Shown one piece after another: positions 39,239 to 49,813 of a stretch of 64,000 bases of DNA (position 1 is the stretch's first letter; every line of letters starts with the position of its first letter). The stretch is from the NCBI GenBank assembly GCA_963665525.1, contig OY762280.1, forward strand, positions 2,241,451 to 2,305,450. Reading direction: 5' to 3'. The notes under the pieces are model-generated. The model was not told the origin of the DNA. It saw nothing but the letters and a program-made list of their open reading frames with translations, and made no database searches. Source of the DNA: Bacteroidales bacterium (GTDB taxonomy: Bacteria; Bacteroidota; Bacteroidia; Bacteroidales; UBA12077). The position numbers and the translations under genes were made by a program.

Positions 39239-40765
39239 CTAATTTTTCTTAGTTCTAATTACTGAATATATATCCTTTCTCCTGTTTTTTAAGTTTCTTA
39301 CACTACCATACTGATTTAATTCTCTCAATAGATCAATATCAACATCTGCGATTAGAATCATTTCTGTATTTGGTGTTGCTTCAGCTTTAACTCCATTTGT
39401 TGGGAATGGAAAATCACAAGGTGTTATAACCATAGACTGAGCAAATTGTATATCCATATTATGAACATTTGGTAGATTTCCAACACTACCTGAAATGGCA
39501 ACGTAACACTCATTTTCAATTGCTCTTGCTAAAGCACAATTTCGAACTCTTGAATAACCATTCTGTGTATCTGTAAGAAATGGAACAAATAAAATATCCA
39601 TACCATCATCAGCAAGCAATCTGCTCAATTCAGGAAATTCCACATCATAACAAATAAGAATTCCTACTTTTCCGCAATCTGTATCAAATACCTTTAACTC
39701 ATGACCACCTTGCATTCCCCAAACTTTTGCTTCATCAGGTGTTACATGAATTTTCTCATATCTTTCAACATTTCCATCTCGTTTACATAAATAACCTGCA
39801 TTTAATAATTCATTATTTTGGATCTCAGGCATACTTCCTGTAATAATGTTGATGTTATAAGAAACGGAAAGTTCAGAGAATTTTTTTATTATTGAATCAG
39901 TATGTAAAGCCAGTTTTCTAATTGCTTCAGCTTCCGTTAAATGATTGTAATCAGCCATTAAAGGCGCATTAAAAAACTCAGGAAATAATGCAAAGTCAGA
40001 ACGATATCCTGATACTGCATCAATAAAGTATTCAGCCTGCTGCATTAAGTCATCAAGATTTTTATAGGGTCTCATTTGCCACTGTATTAATCCTAACCTT
40101 ACAATTTTCTTCTTTGTCGTTGCTTTTGTTGTTGGTTTTTCATAATAAATGTTATCCCATTCTAATAAAACCGCATATTCATTCGATGCTTGATCTCCTT
40201 CTAAATAACCCTTCATGACTTTGGCTGGGTGAAAATCATTGGATATTTGAAAATTTAAAACAGGATCACTAATTTCTTTTCTTCTTACTTTTTCAATATA
40301 CTCTTTAGGTGTTAACTTATCGGCATATTTATGATAATTAGGTATTCTACCTCCAAAAGCAATTCCTCTTAAATTCAGTTTCTCACATAATTCTTTTCTA
40401 TAATCATATAATCTGCGTCCTAACCTTAAACCTCTATATTCCGGTTTAATAAAAACATCTATTCCATATAAAACATCTCCTTCATCAGAGTGTGTATCAA
40501 AAGTATAATTACCAGTTATATCTTGATATGTATGATGTCCTTCGAAACTATTATAATCAACAATAATTGATAATGCACAACCAGCTAACTGATCATTTAC
40601 TTTTATTATGACTTGTCCTTCTGGAAATTTTTCTATTAGCGATTTAACTTGATGCTCTCTCCAATAAGCTTCAGGCATTGTTTTGTATGCAGAAATCATC
40701 ACTTTTTTAAGTTCCTGATAATCATCGAATGTTAAAAACTTAAGTTCAATATTTTCAATTTCCAT
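39239..40765 (-). CDS. Bifunctional GNAT N-acetyltransferase / carbon-nitrogen hydrolase (nitrilase superfamily) fusion protein
   Basis: The protein is 508 aa. The N-terminal GNAT motif is YRGLRLGRRLY. The C-terminal CN-hydrolase part has PEFFNAP, a catalytic Cys context GILICYDVEFPE and the usual E/K/C arrangement. Confidence 0.75.
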   Translation of the reverse strand: MEIENIELKFLTFDDYQELKKVMISAYKTMPEAYWREHQVKSLIEKFPEGQVIIKVNDQLAGCALSIIVDYNSFEGHHTYQDITGNYTFDTHSDEGDVLYGIDVFIKPEYRGLRLGRRLYDYRKELCEKLNLRGIAFGGRIPNYHKYADKLTPKEYIEKVRRKEISDPVLNFQISNDFHPAKVMKGYLEGDQASNEYAVLLEWDNIYYEKPTTKATTKKKIVRLGLIQWQMRPYKNLDDLMQQAEYFIDAVSGYRSDFALFPEFFNAPLMADYNHLTEAEAIRKLALHTDSIIKKFSELSVSYNINIITGSMPEIQNNELLNAGYLCKRDGNVERYEKIHVTPDEAKVWGMQGGHELKVFDTDCGKVGILICYDVEFPELSRLLADDGMDILFVPFLTDTQNGYSRVRNCALARAIENECYVAISGSVGNLPNVHNMDIQFAQSMVITPCDFPFPTNGVKAEATPNTEMILIADVDIDLLRELNQYGSVRNLKNRRKDIYSVIRTKKN

Positions 40766-40962
40766 AACTTTAATTTATAGGATTTTAGACATTAGAGCAC
40801 TCTTCTATTTTAAAATCAAAAATATGAATTTAATCAATCCAATTTTTATTTAATATTAAAATAAACCATTACGAAAAGCCATCGCTTTTTATGTTTCTAT
40901 TTCAGTAAATACTGTCATAGAATATTTGTATTTTTATCCTCCTAACAAATTTTACTAGAACT

Positions 40963-41961
40963 ATGAAAAAACTTTTCCTCTTGATTATTGTAACGATGAT
41001 ATCCTTTTCACTTTTTGCCCAGGATCATTCATCAAGCATTGTATTTTATAATGTTGAAAATCTTTTTGATACTGTAGATGATCCACAAATTAAAGATGAT
41101 GATTTTACTCCTGAAGGTAAAAAGAATTGGACTGTAGAACGATATCAAAAAAAGTTAAATGATTTAGCAAAAGTTATCAGTTCTATTACACCGGAAAATT
41201 TACCAGCTATTGTCGGATTTGCCGAAATTGAAAATAAACTGGTTCTGGAAGATTTAATAAAGACTGAATACCTTCAACCTGGTAATTATAAGATTGTACA
41301 TGAAGAAAGTCCTGATATTAGAGGAATTGATGTAGGACTCATCTATAATCCGGATGATTTTAGCTATTTATCACATCAAAAAATACCTATTCCAATTGAA
41401 TCAGAGTATAAAGTAAGAGATATTCTTTATGTAAAAGGTATCTTACATGCCTCTGATACTCTTCATGTTTTTGTGAATCACTGGAAATCGAGAAGCGGAG
41501 GACAAGAAGCTACAGAACCTCAGCGTATACAATGTGCTAAAACTTTACGAAATTCAGTCGATTCTGTTTTAGCCGTTCATGTAAATGCCAAGATTCTTAT
41601 CATGGGTGATTTAAATGATGAACCTAAGAACAAAAGTATTTATGAAACATTGCAAGCTAATAATAGCCAGGAAAAAGAATCACTTTACAATTTAATGTTA
41701 CCATTAGTCGATCAAAATATTGGATCGTACAGTTATAGGGGAAACTGGAACCTGTTAGATAATATCATCATATCTAACAATTTATTATCAAATGAAGAGG
41801 GATTCGCAGTAAGTTCAACATCCGGAAATATCTTTTCAGCCGAATGGATTACATTCACCAATAAGGGAGGACAAAAGAGCCCAAACAAAACTTATGGCGG
41901 ACCAAACTATTATGGAGGATATAGCGATCATTATCCTGTTTATATCATCTTAAAAAAATAA
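40963..41961 (+). CDS. Secreted endonuclease/exonuclease/phosphatase (EEP) family protein
   Basis: The protein is 332 aa with a signal peptide. It has FYNVENLFD near the N-terminus and SDHYPVY at the C-terminus, both typical of the EEP fold. Confidence 0.75.
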   Translation: MKKLFLLIIVTMISFSLFAQDHSSSIVFYNVENLFDTVDDPQIKDDDFTPEGKKNWTVERYQKKLNDLAKVISSITPENLPAIVGFAEIENKLVLEDLIKTEYLQPGNYKIVHEESPDIRGIDVGLIYNPDDFSYLSHQKIPIPIESEYKVRDILYVKGILHASDTLHVFVNHWKSRSGGQEATEPQRIQCAKTLRNSVDSVLAVHVNAKILIMGDLNDEPKNKSIYETLQANNSQEKESLYNLMLPLVDQNIGSYSYRGNWNLLDNIIISNNLLSNEEGFAVSSTSGNIFSAEWITFTNKGGQKSPNKTYGGPNYYGGYSDHYPVYIILKK

Positions 41962-41970
41962 TCATATTTC

Positions 41971-43983
41971 ATGAAATTTAAACTCACATCAGAATATACT
42001 CCTACCGGTGATCAGCCCGAAGCAATTAAACAGTTAGCCGAAGGTATTTATCGCGGCGATAAGTTTCAAACTTTGCTTGGAGTTACCGGTTCTGGTAAAA
42101 CATTTACTGTTGCTAATGTTATTGAGAAGATAGAACGACCAACATTGGTTCTTAGTCATAATAAAACATTAGCAGCACAATTGTATGGTGAGTTTAAACA
42201 GTTTTTTCCTGATAATGCCGTTGAATATTTTGTTTCATATTACGATTATTACCAACCCGAAGCCTATTTACCTGTTACCGATACTTACATTGAAAAAGAT
42301 TTATCGATCAATGAAGAAATTGAAAAACTTCGACTAAGTGCAACCTCATCTTTACTTTCAGGACGTAGAGATGTTGTAGTGGTTTCTTCTGTTTCTTGTT
42401 TATATGGTATTGGAAACCCTGAAGATTTTCATAGCAATACAGTAACTATTAAACAAGGTCAGGTTATTAGTCGTAACCAGTTTCTAAGGCATTTGGTAGA
42501 AAGCCTTTATTCCAGAAGCGAAATAGATTTTAAACCAGGAACATTCAGAGTCAATGGCGACACCATTGACATTTACCTTGCATACAACGACCTGGCATAT
42601 AGAGTATCATTCTGGGGTGATGAAATTGAAGAAATAGAGTCTTTTGATCCTACCAATAATCAAAAGATTGAAAATCTTGAAACCGGAATTATTTACCCGG
42701 CAAATATTTTTGTGACCACGAAAGATAGAATGCATCGTGCAATTCGCCAAATTCAAGATGACCTATTTGCTCAAATAGAATATTTTAAATCTATAGGTAA
42801 AAATCACGAAGCTAAACGAATAAAAGAGCGAGTTGAATATGATTTGGAGATGATTAAAGAACTTGGTTATTGCCCCGGAATTGAAAATTATTCTCGATAT
42901 TTCGATGGAAGAAATCCCGGTACACGCCCGTTCTGTTTATTGGACTATTTCCCTGATGATTTTTTAACGGTGATCGACGAAAGCCATGTTACCTTGCCAC
43001 AAATCAGAGCCATGTTTGGTGGCGATCATTCACGTAAAAAGAATTTGGTTGAATACGGTTTTCGCTTACCTGCTGCTATTGATAACAGACCGCTAAAATT
43101 TGAAGAGTTTGAAGACTTAACAAATCAGTTATTATTTGTAAGTGCAACCCCTGCTGATTATGAGTTTGAGAAATGCGAAGGCTTTTTCGTTGAACAGGTC
43201 ATTCGTCCAACAGGATTATTAGATCCTGAAATAGAAGTACGTCCTTCGTTAAATCAAATTGATGATTTAATGACTGAGATTAATGAAAGAATTAAAAATA
43301 GTCAACGGACTTTGGTTACGACCTTAACCAAACGAATGGCCGAGGAATTAACAAAATACTTAACTCGATTCGAAATAAAGTGCCGTTATATTCATTCTGA
43401 TATTGACACCCTGGAGCGTGTAGAAATTATGGATCAACTGCGCGATGGAACCATTGATGTTTTAATCGGTGTTAACCTTTTACGTGAAGGATTAGATTTA
43501 CCCGAAGTAGCGTTAGTTGCCATTCTTGATGCTGATAAAGAAGGTTTTTTACGTTCGAATCGATCCTTAACACAAACAGCAGGAAGAGCTGCACGAAATA
43601 TAGAAGGAAAAGTTATCATGTATGCCGACAAGATAACTGATTCTATGCAGAAAACCATCGACCAAACAACTCATCGTAGAGAGAAGCAGTTGGCATATAA
43701 TGAAAAACATGGTATTACACCAAAACAGATCATTAAAGCTTCTAAATCAATGATGGGTAACTATCTAAAATCAGATAAAAAATCTAAACAATACTCAGGA
43801 GTTGACAAGTTAGATATTGCTGCTGACCCAATTGTAAGATACATGGATAAAATGGCATTGGAGAAAGCCATTGAAAAAACTAAAAAATCTATGGAAAAAG
43901 CTGCCAAAGAATTAGATTTCCCGGAAGCTGCTCGTTTACGAGATGAAATGTTTGCTCTTCAGGAACTTTTAAAGAAAAAGTAA
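41971..43983 (+). CDS. uvrB: Excinuclease ABC subunit B
   Basis: The protein is 670 aa with GVTGSGKT Walker A, helicase motifs and a C-terminal UVR domain (AAKELDFPEAARLRDEM). Confidence 0.96.
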   Translation: MKFKLTSEYTPTGDQPEAIKQLAEGIYRGDKFQTLLGVTGSGKTFTVANVIEKIERPTLVLSHNKTLAAQLYGEFKQFFPDNAVEYFVSYYDYYQPEAYLPVTDTYIEKDLSINEEIEKLRLSATSSLLSGRRDVVVVSSVSCLYGIGNPEDFHSNTVTIKQGQVISRNQFLRHLVESLYSRSEIDFKPGTFRVNGDTIDIYLAYNDLAYRVSFWGDEIEEIESFDPTNNQKIENLETGIIYPANIFVTTKDRMHRAIRQIQDDLFAQIEYFKSIGKNHEAKRIKERVEYDLEMIKELGYCPGIENYSRYFDGRNPGTRPFCLLDYFPDDFLTVIDESHVTLPQIRAMFGGDHSRKKNLVEYGFRLPAAIDNRPLKFEEFEDLTNQLLFVSATPADYEFEKCEGFFVEQVIRPTGLLDPEIEVRPSLNQIDDLMTEINERIKNSQRTLVTTLTKRMAEELTKYLTRFEIKCRYIHSDIDTLERVEIMDQLRDGTIDVLIGVNLLREGLDLPEVALVAILDADKEGFLRSNRSLTQTAGRAARNIEGKVIMYADKITDSMQKTIDQTTHRREKQLAYNEKHGITPKQIIKASKSMMGNYLKSDKKSKQYSGVDKLDIAADPIVRYMDKMALEKAIEKTKKSMEKAAKELDFPEAARLRDEMFALQELLKKK

Positions 43984-43995
43984 ATACTCTGAGTC

Positions 43996-44017
43996 ATTCC
44001 GGGCGAAGACCCGGAAT
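43996..44017. terminator. Hairpin between convergent uvrB and rpoD
   Basis: The stem ATTCCGGG / CCCGGAAT is 8 bp and GC-rich in an AT-rich context, with a 6-nt loop. It has no clear U-tract. Confidence 0.5.
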
Positions 44018-44024
44018 CTATTAA

Positions 44025-44888
44025 CTAACCTAAATATGATTTTAACAACTTACTTCGTGAAGTATGTCTTAACCTTCGAATCGCTTTTTCTTTGATCTGA
44101 CGAACTCTTTCGCGAGTAAGTCCAAAACGATCTCCAATTTCTTCCAAAGTCATTTCTGAAACACCAATACCAAAAAAATATCTTAGAATATCACTTTCTC
44201 TATCTGTTAAGGTTTCCAATGCCCGATCAATTTCACGAATTAATGATTCATTCATTAAACTGTTATCGGTATTAGGAGAATCAATATTTTCAAGAATATC
44301 AAGTAAACTACCATCCTCACCATCTGAAAAAGGTGCATCTACCGATATATGCCTCCCCGATACTCGCATGGTATCTGCCACTTTATCTTTGGGAATATCA
44401 ACCTTTTCGGCTATTTCTTCAGGAGATGGTGTTCGTTCATTCTCTTGCTCAAAACGCGAAAAAGCTTTATTGATTTTATTTAACGATCCAACCTGATTAA
44501 GAGGAAGACGCACAATTCTAGATTGCTCTGCTAAAGCTTGCAATATGGATTGTCGTATCCACCAAACAGCATAAGATATAAATTTGAATCCACGAGTTTC
44601 ATCAAATTTCTCAGCTGCTTTAATTAAACCCAGGTTTCCCTCGTTAATTAAATCCGGAAGTGTTAATCCTTGGTTTTGATATTGTTTTGCTACAGAAACT
44701 ACAAAACGCAAATTGGCCTTAGTTAATTTCTCTAAAGCCAATCTGTCCCCTTTTTTTATTTTTTGTGCTAATTCTACTTCTTCCTCAACTGTAACTAAAG
44801 TTTCTCGTCCTATTTCCTGTAAATATTTATCTAAAGAGGCACTCTCTCTATTGGTGATCGATTTGGTAATCTTTAATTGTCTCATCAA
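44025..44888 (-). CDS. rpoD: Primary RNA polymerase sigma factor (Bacteroidota-type short sigma-70)
   Basis: The protein is 287 aa. It has region 2 ([13 protein letters not shown]...[18 protein letters not shown]; [11 protein letters not shown]) and region 4 ([19 protein letters not shown]). Confidence 0.9.
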   Translation of the reverse strand: MMRQLKITKSITNRESASLDKYLQEIGRETLVTVEEEVELAQKIKKGDRLALEKLTKANLRFVVSVAKQYQNQGLTLPDLINEGNLGLIKAAEKFDETRGFKFISYAVWWIRQSILQALAEQSRIVRLPLNQVGSLNKINKAFSRFEQENERTPSPEEIAEKVDIPKDKVADTMRVSGRHISVDAPFSDGEDGSLLDILENIDSPNTDNSLMNESLIREIDRALETLTDRESDILRYFFGIGVSEMTLEEIGDRFGLTRERVRQIKEKAIRRLRHTSRSKLLKSYLG

Positions 44889-44969
44889 TTAAGAATTTAA
44901 TTCTATATAAAATTAATTTCCGCACCCAATTGAAAATTTACCCAATCACCTATCTTAACCCTTTATTTA

Positions 44970-46457
44970 CTATTCAAGATTAACCTTGTACACGTACATA
45001 TATCTACTTCCAGGATAAGTACCTTCTATTTCAATTACAGCTCCCTTCCCTTCTTTACTCAAAACATCTTTAATATCTTCAATATTTTCTATTTTCTCTC
45101 CCTGAATCCTGGTTATAATAAACTCCTTTTTAACACCAGATTCTTCTAACGCTCCTGCTTTAAGTTCCTCTACTCCAACACCGTAATCTATTCCTAATTT
45201 ATATTTATCTCTGCTATCCAGCTTTCTAAATGTAGCCCCTAACATCGATAAATACTCTTCTGATTTTACAATTTGGGTGCTTCCGTGCATATTACGTAAG
45301 ACAACCTCAAATTGTTTCCTTTTGTTATCTCTTTTAATGGTAACAAAGATCGTTTCTCCGGGGCGATATTTACCAATTTGCTCTGTTAATTCGGCAGTGC
45401 TGTTAACCTGAATATTATTCACTTCAAGTATCACGTCATCCTTTTTAATTCCTGCCGCCTTAGCCGCTCCTTCATCTGTAACATCAGTAATTAATACTCC
45501 TTCAATTTTATCCAAACGATAATCTTTAGCAATGGCATCATTTACATTATAAATGGATACTCCTAATACAGCTCTTTGCACTTCTCCGTATTTAATGATA
45601 TCAGCAACTACTTTTTTAACTAAATTTATTGGAATTGCAAAAGAATATCCCGAGTAAGCCCCCGAGGGCGAAATTATAGCTGAATTGATACCAATCAACT
45701 CACCTTTTAAATTAACCAGAGCACCTCCACTATTCCCCTGATTTACTGCGGCATCTGTTTGTATATACGATTCAATTGGATATTTACTCTGCCCTCTTAA
45801 AATATTAATATCTCTTGCTTTTGCACTTACAATCCCTGCAGTTACTGTCGATGTTAAATTAAATGGATTACCTACAGCTAACACCCATTCTCCAATTTTT
45901 AAAACATCAGAATTTCCTAATTCAATATATGGCAAACCTTTAGCCTCAACTTTTAATAAAGCTAAATCTGTACCAGGATCTTTGCCAAGTAATTTTGCTG
46001 AATATGTTCTCTTATCATTTAATACAATCTGAATTTCATCTGACTCCTCAACAACATGGTTATTCGTTACAATATAACCATCTTCAGAAATAATAACTCC
46101 TGAACCAAAAGAAACACTAGGCTGCTTTTGCACATTACCAAACAACCATTCATAAATTGGGTTGCTATAGTATTCGTCATTTTCCAAGTTATACTTTGAT
46201 GTAACATGAACTACAGCGTGTATACTTTTATCTGCTGCCTCTGTAAAATCCAATTGTTGTCCGTTAAATGATAGCGCTTGAGGATTATAATTTACCTGGT
46301 TTGAATCCTCCAGAATATTCAATGCTTTTTGCTTCTGAACAGCAAGATCTGTATCATTGGTTATTTCATCTTTAATATAATGTGAATAGATAATAACAGC
46401 AATTAATGCTGATAAAGCAGCAATGGCTATGTTCCCTAAAAATGTTTTTATCTTCAT
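44970..46457 (-). CDS. htrA: Periplasmic serine endoprotease, HtrA/DegP/DegQ family with two PDZ domains
   Basis: The protein is 495 aa with an N-terminal anchor/signal. The catalytic triad context is TNNHVV, DLALLKV and GNSGGALVN, followed by two PDZ-like regions. Confidence 0.9.
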   Translation of the reverse strand: MKIKTFLGNIAIAALSALIAVIIYSHYIKDEITNDTDLAVQKQKALNILEDSNQVNYNPQALSFNGQQLDFTEAADKSIHAVVHVTSKYNLENDEYYSNPIYEWLFGNVQKQPSVSFGSGVIISEDGYIVTNNHVVEESDEIQIVLNDKRTYSAKLLGKDPGTDLALLKVEAKGLPYIELGNSDVLKIGEWVLAVGNPFNLTSTVTAGIVSAKARDINILRGQSKYPIESYIQTDAAVNQGNSGGALVNLKGELIGINSAIISPSGAYSGYSFAIPINLVKKVVADIIKYGEVQRAVLGVSIYNVNDAIAKDYRLDKIEGVLITDVTDEGAAKAAGIKKDDVILEVNNIQVNSTAELTEQIGKYRPGETIFVTIKRDNKRKQFEVVLRNMHGSTQIVKSEEYLSMLGATFRKLDSRDKYKLGIDYGVGVEELKAGALEESGVKKEFIITRIQGEKIENIEDIKDVLSKEGKGAVIEIEGTYPGSRYMYVYKVNLE

Positions 46458-46819
46458 CTGCTTACGTTTTTAATTTATAAATATTAAATTAACTATAAGT
46501 ATATCTTTCCTTTCAATAATTCTTTTTTGTTACTCGCTCCCACAATCCTCAAACTCACCCTGCTCGTGAACCTTCATGATTTTATTTTAATGATCAAAAT
46601 AACAATTCCCCATTGTATAATCATCATCTACACAAAATTCATAGTTTATTTATCATGAAGGTTTCATATCGACTAAATTTATTATTATTAATCAGATATT
46701 CTAACGTCAAATTTAATACCTATGTTTTTGAAAGCAATCTTTGTTTAACATTATTTAACAAAGGCAGATCAATTGTCAGTTTAATTAATTATTTATAAGT
46801 TTACAAAAAATAAAGCAAT

Positions 46820-47596
46820 ATGACTAATTTTTATAAATACCAAGGTGCTGGTAACGATTTTGTTATCATAGATTCTCGTTCAAGTAAACTCAATTTAAAC
46901 GAGCTTCAGGTAAAATACTTATGCGACCGCAGATTTGGAATAGGTGCAGATGGGCTAATGTTACTTGAAAAACATCAGGAAGCTGATTTTAATATGAAAT
47001 ATTACAATTCTGATGGAAAAGAAAGTACTATGTGTGGTAATGGTGGACGATGTCTTGTCGCTTTTGCCAAATTATTAGGAATTATTGATAAAGAAACTAC
47101 TTTCATGGCCATTGATGGTTTACACAAAGCCATAGTCAATGATGACCATACCATTTCACTTCAAATGCAGGATCTTAATGATATTAAAATTGTAAATACA
47201 AACTACTTTTTAAATACTGGTTCTCCACATTATGTAACTTTCAGAGAAGATATTAATAAAATTGATGTATATAACCGTGGCCGGGAAATAAGATATAGTG
47301 CAGAATTTAAACCTGAAGGTACCAATGTTAATTTTGTAGAAATCCAAGAAGATAAATTATTTGTACGAACCTACGAACGTGGTGTTGAAAATGAAACTCT
47401 ATCTTGTGGTACTGGAGTTACAGCCTCAGCAATTTGTGCAGCTCTTTATACAAAATCTGACAAAACTTCATTTGATATTTCAACACTTGGAGGTAAATTA
47501 AACGTATCATTTGATAAAATTGACAAAAATACCTTTAAAAACATTTGGATAACGGGGCCTGCTACCATGGTTTATTCAGGGCAAATTGATATTTAA
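46820..47596 (+). CDS. dapF: Diaminopimelate epimerase
   Basis: The protein is 258 aa. It has GAGNDFVIID near the N-terminus and two catalytic Cys contexts, MCGNGGRC and SCGTGVTA. Confidence 0.92.
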   Translation: MTNFYKYQGAGNDFVIIDSRSSKLNLNELQVKYLCDRRFGIGADGLMLLEKHQEADFNMKYYNSDGKESTMCGNGGRCLVAFAKLLGIIDKETTFMAIDGLHKAIVNDDHTISLQMQDLNDIKIVNTNYFLNTGSPHYVTFREDINKIDVYNRGREIRYSAEFKPEGTNVNFVEIQEDKLFVRTYERGVENETLSCGTGVTASAICAALYTKSDKTSFDISTLGGKLNVSFDKIDKNTFKNIWITGPATMVYSGQIDI

Positions 47597-47643
47597 ACGT
47601 ATCATTATTTACAACGTCTAACCTTAAAATTAAATTATTTCAA

Positions 47644-48729
47644 ATGAAAAACGTAAAATACGCAATCATTTTCTTTCTCGCCAATATTATCAGTGTAACC
47701 GTGTTCGCACAGGAAAATAACAAAGATGAAATTATTGAGAAATTAAACGATCAGTTAGAACATTTAAATCATCGTTTAGATCGATTAGAAAAAATATCGG
47801 ACGATATTCTATGGTACAATAAAGTTGGTGATATTGCATTTGTAGATAAAGTATATATCTATGGTCCACCAAAATGGAAAGAAGAAAATCCAACAGCAAT
47901 GGGTGCAGGAAATCCTGTAAAATTTTGGGCATATACTTTTATACCAAAAAACATTGATCCTGCAAAGAAATATCCATTAATGGTATTACCTCACGGTGGA
48001 GTTCATGGCGATTTTACAACCTATTATGCACATATTATTCGTGAACTAATTTCGCAACAATATATTGTTGTTGCAGCAGAATACCGTGGTAGCACAGGTT
48101 ATGGACAAGGACTTTACGAAAAAATTGATTATGGCGGATTAGAAACTGAAGATGTAAATGCAAGCCGTCAGTTTATGATTGACAATTACGAAATTGTGGA
48201 TAAAAACAGAGTTGGAATTATGGGTTGGAGCCATGGTGGAATGATTACTTTACACAATATTTTTGATCATCCAAAAGATTATAAAGTTGCTTTTGCTGGT
48301 GTTCCTGTAAGCGATATTATTTCAAGAATGGGATACATGAAGCAAAGTTACCGAGATTTATATTCGGCAGATTATCATATTGGTAACACAGCCAATGAAA
48401 ACGTTAATGAATACCGAAGAAGATCTCCTGCATGGAATACACACAAGTTCCAGAATACGCCATTACTTATACACACCAATACAAATGACGATGATGTTAA
48501 TGTTCTTGAAGTTGAACATCTGATTAAATCGTTAAAAGCAGACGGGAAAAAATTCGAATATGAAATCTTCCAGGATATCCCAGGTGGACACTCTTTTGAC
48601 AGAATGGATACTAAACATGCCCGCGAAGTACGTGTTAAGATTTATAAGTTCATGGGGCAATATTTAAACCCTCCTAAACAAATTAAAACTGTAAGAGACC
48701 TGGAAAAAGCTGCATATAAGATCAACTAA
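47644..48729 (+). CDS. Secreted S9-family (prolyl oligopeptidase-type) serine hydrolase
   Basis: The protein is 361 aa with a signal peptide. It has nucleophile elbow GWSHGG, plus Asp and His in C-terminal order (NDDDV; GGHSF). Confidence 0.75.
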   Translation: MKNVKYAIIFFLANIISVTVFAQENNKDEIIEKLNDQLEHLNHRLDRLEKISDDILWYNKVGDIAFVDKVYIYGPPKWKEENPTAMGAGNPVKFWAYTFIPKNIDPAKKYPLMVLPHGGVHGDFTTYYAHIIRELISQQYIVVAAEYRGSTGYGQGLYEKIDYGGLETEDVNASRQFMIDNYEIVDKNRVGIMGWSHGGMITLHNIFDHPKDYKVAFAGVPVSDIISRMGYMKQSYRDLYSADYHIGNTANENVNEYRRRSPAWNTHKFQNTPLLIHTNTNDDDVNVLEVEHLIKSLKADGKKFEYEIFQDIPGGHSFDRMDTKHAREVRVKIYKFMGQYLNPPKQIKTVRDLEKAAYKIN

Positions 48730-48757
48730 ATATAAAAACCTCTATATTTTTTTCAAG

Positions 48758-48781
48758 CCTATCAGAAATTGATAGGTTTTT
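48758..48781 (+). terminator. Rho-independent terminator after the S9 peptidase gene
   Basis: The stem CCTATCA / TGATAGG is 7 bp with a 5-nt loop, followed by TTTTT. Confidence 0.7.
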
Positions 48782-48843
48782 ATGTTTTAAAATATACATC
48801 ATAATTTAAACAAATCTTCGATTAATTACTTACATTTGCTACC

Positions 48844-49037
48844 TAATTGGTCTCAACATCCATTTTTTTTTAGTGGAATGAGTTAAAAGGGAATGCTGTG
48901 ACTTGTCTTTGTTAGATAGGAATTCGGCAACAGTTCCCGCTGCTGTGATGGCTATTCAATGTTTTAACAATATGTCACTCTTTAATATAGAGGGGAAGGC
49001 GTTAAAACAGGCCTAAGTCAGAAGACCTGCCAATTAA
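48844..49037 (+). promoter_or_regulatory. Cobalamin (AdoCbl-type) riboswitch
   Basis: P1 candidates are AATTGG (48845..48850) / CCAATT (49030..49035). Conserved core elements are AAAAGGGAATGCTGTGA and ACAGTTCCCGCTGCTGTGA. The B12-box-like AGTCAGAAGACCTGCC matches the consensus AGCCAGGAGACCTGCC. It is followed by corrinoid-uptake-type genes. Confidence 0.85.
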
Positions 49038-49155
49038 ACATAGATTTTGTAGCCTGCGGAGAACAGGTAGCTAATCAATACGATGCTTCATTGGCCATCC
49101 TTCATATCGTATGCTGCAAAATCAAGTTATGAACTCAATTAAAATTGCAGTAACG

Positions 49156-49734
49156 ATGAAAAAAACAAAAATTCATTTACGTTTTGGAGTACTTTCACTT
49201 TTGGTTTTAATGGCTGCTTTTAGCCGATTAATACAACATCCTCCTAACTTCGCACCTATTGGAGCTATGGCTTTATTTGGAGCAGCATATCTATCTCAAA
49301 AGCATTTTGCTTTAATTATTCCGATAGTCTCCATGTGGCTTAGCGACTTAGCTCTTAATAATATTGTGTATGCGCAATATTTCGATCACTTTGTTTGGTT
49401 TTATCAGGGGTGCTACTGGACCTATGGAGCATTTATTGTAATTGGCTTTATCGGATTTGGATTACTTAGAAAAATCAAAATTACTAATATCCTGTTAGCT
49501 TCTTGCCTGGCTTCAGTTAGCTTTTTCATCTTATCTAATTTTGGTGTTTGGGCATCTGGAACAATGTACCCAAAATCACTTTCAGGACTTATAATGTGCT
49601 ATACTGCCGGCTTACCATTTTTAAAAAATACATTTATGGGTGATCTGGTATATTCCGGGATCTTATTTGGGATATTTGAAATAGCAAAGTACCATTTCCC
49701 TGTATTACAATTACAAAAACAGAATATAAAGTAA
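49156..49734 (+). CDS. Small polytopic membrane protein, candidate inner-membrane corrinoid transporter (DUF6580-like, from memory)
   Basis: The track ORF begins at 49111; MKKTKIHLRF at 49156 is more plausible. It has about 5-6 TM segments and the motif HPPNFAPIGAMALFGAAY. It is the first gene after the riboswitch. Confidence 0.7.
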   Translation: MKKTKIHLRFGVLSLLVLMAAFSRLIQHPPNFAPIGAMALFGAAYLSQKHFALIIPIVSMWLSDLALNNIVYAQYFDHFVWFYQGCYWTYGAFIVIGFIGFGLLRKIKITNILLASCLASVSFFILSNFGVWASGTMYPKSLSGLIMCYTAGLPFLKNTFMGDLVYSGILFGIFEIAKYHFPVLQLQKQNIK

Positions 49735-49813
49735 ACAATAGAGCGGCCATGTTCGCCAAAACCTCAGCCGCTCATAGATATAAAACAATCATTTATTTAT
49801 AAACAATTGCATT

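Noticed and set aside
28420-39239. Classical tRNA-targeting genomic island with a duplicated tRNA 3' end at the far border
   Set aside because: I found no copy of the tRNA 3' segment (GTCGGATCACCCCGA) near 39.1-39.3 kb and no phage-type integrase. The internal repeat logic explains the island better.
46613-46798. 61-aa plus-strand ORF upstream of dapF
   Set aside because: It lies in an AT-rich intergenic region with low-complexity, leucine/isoleucine/asparagine-rich translation. There is no supporting signal.
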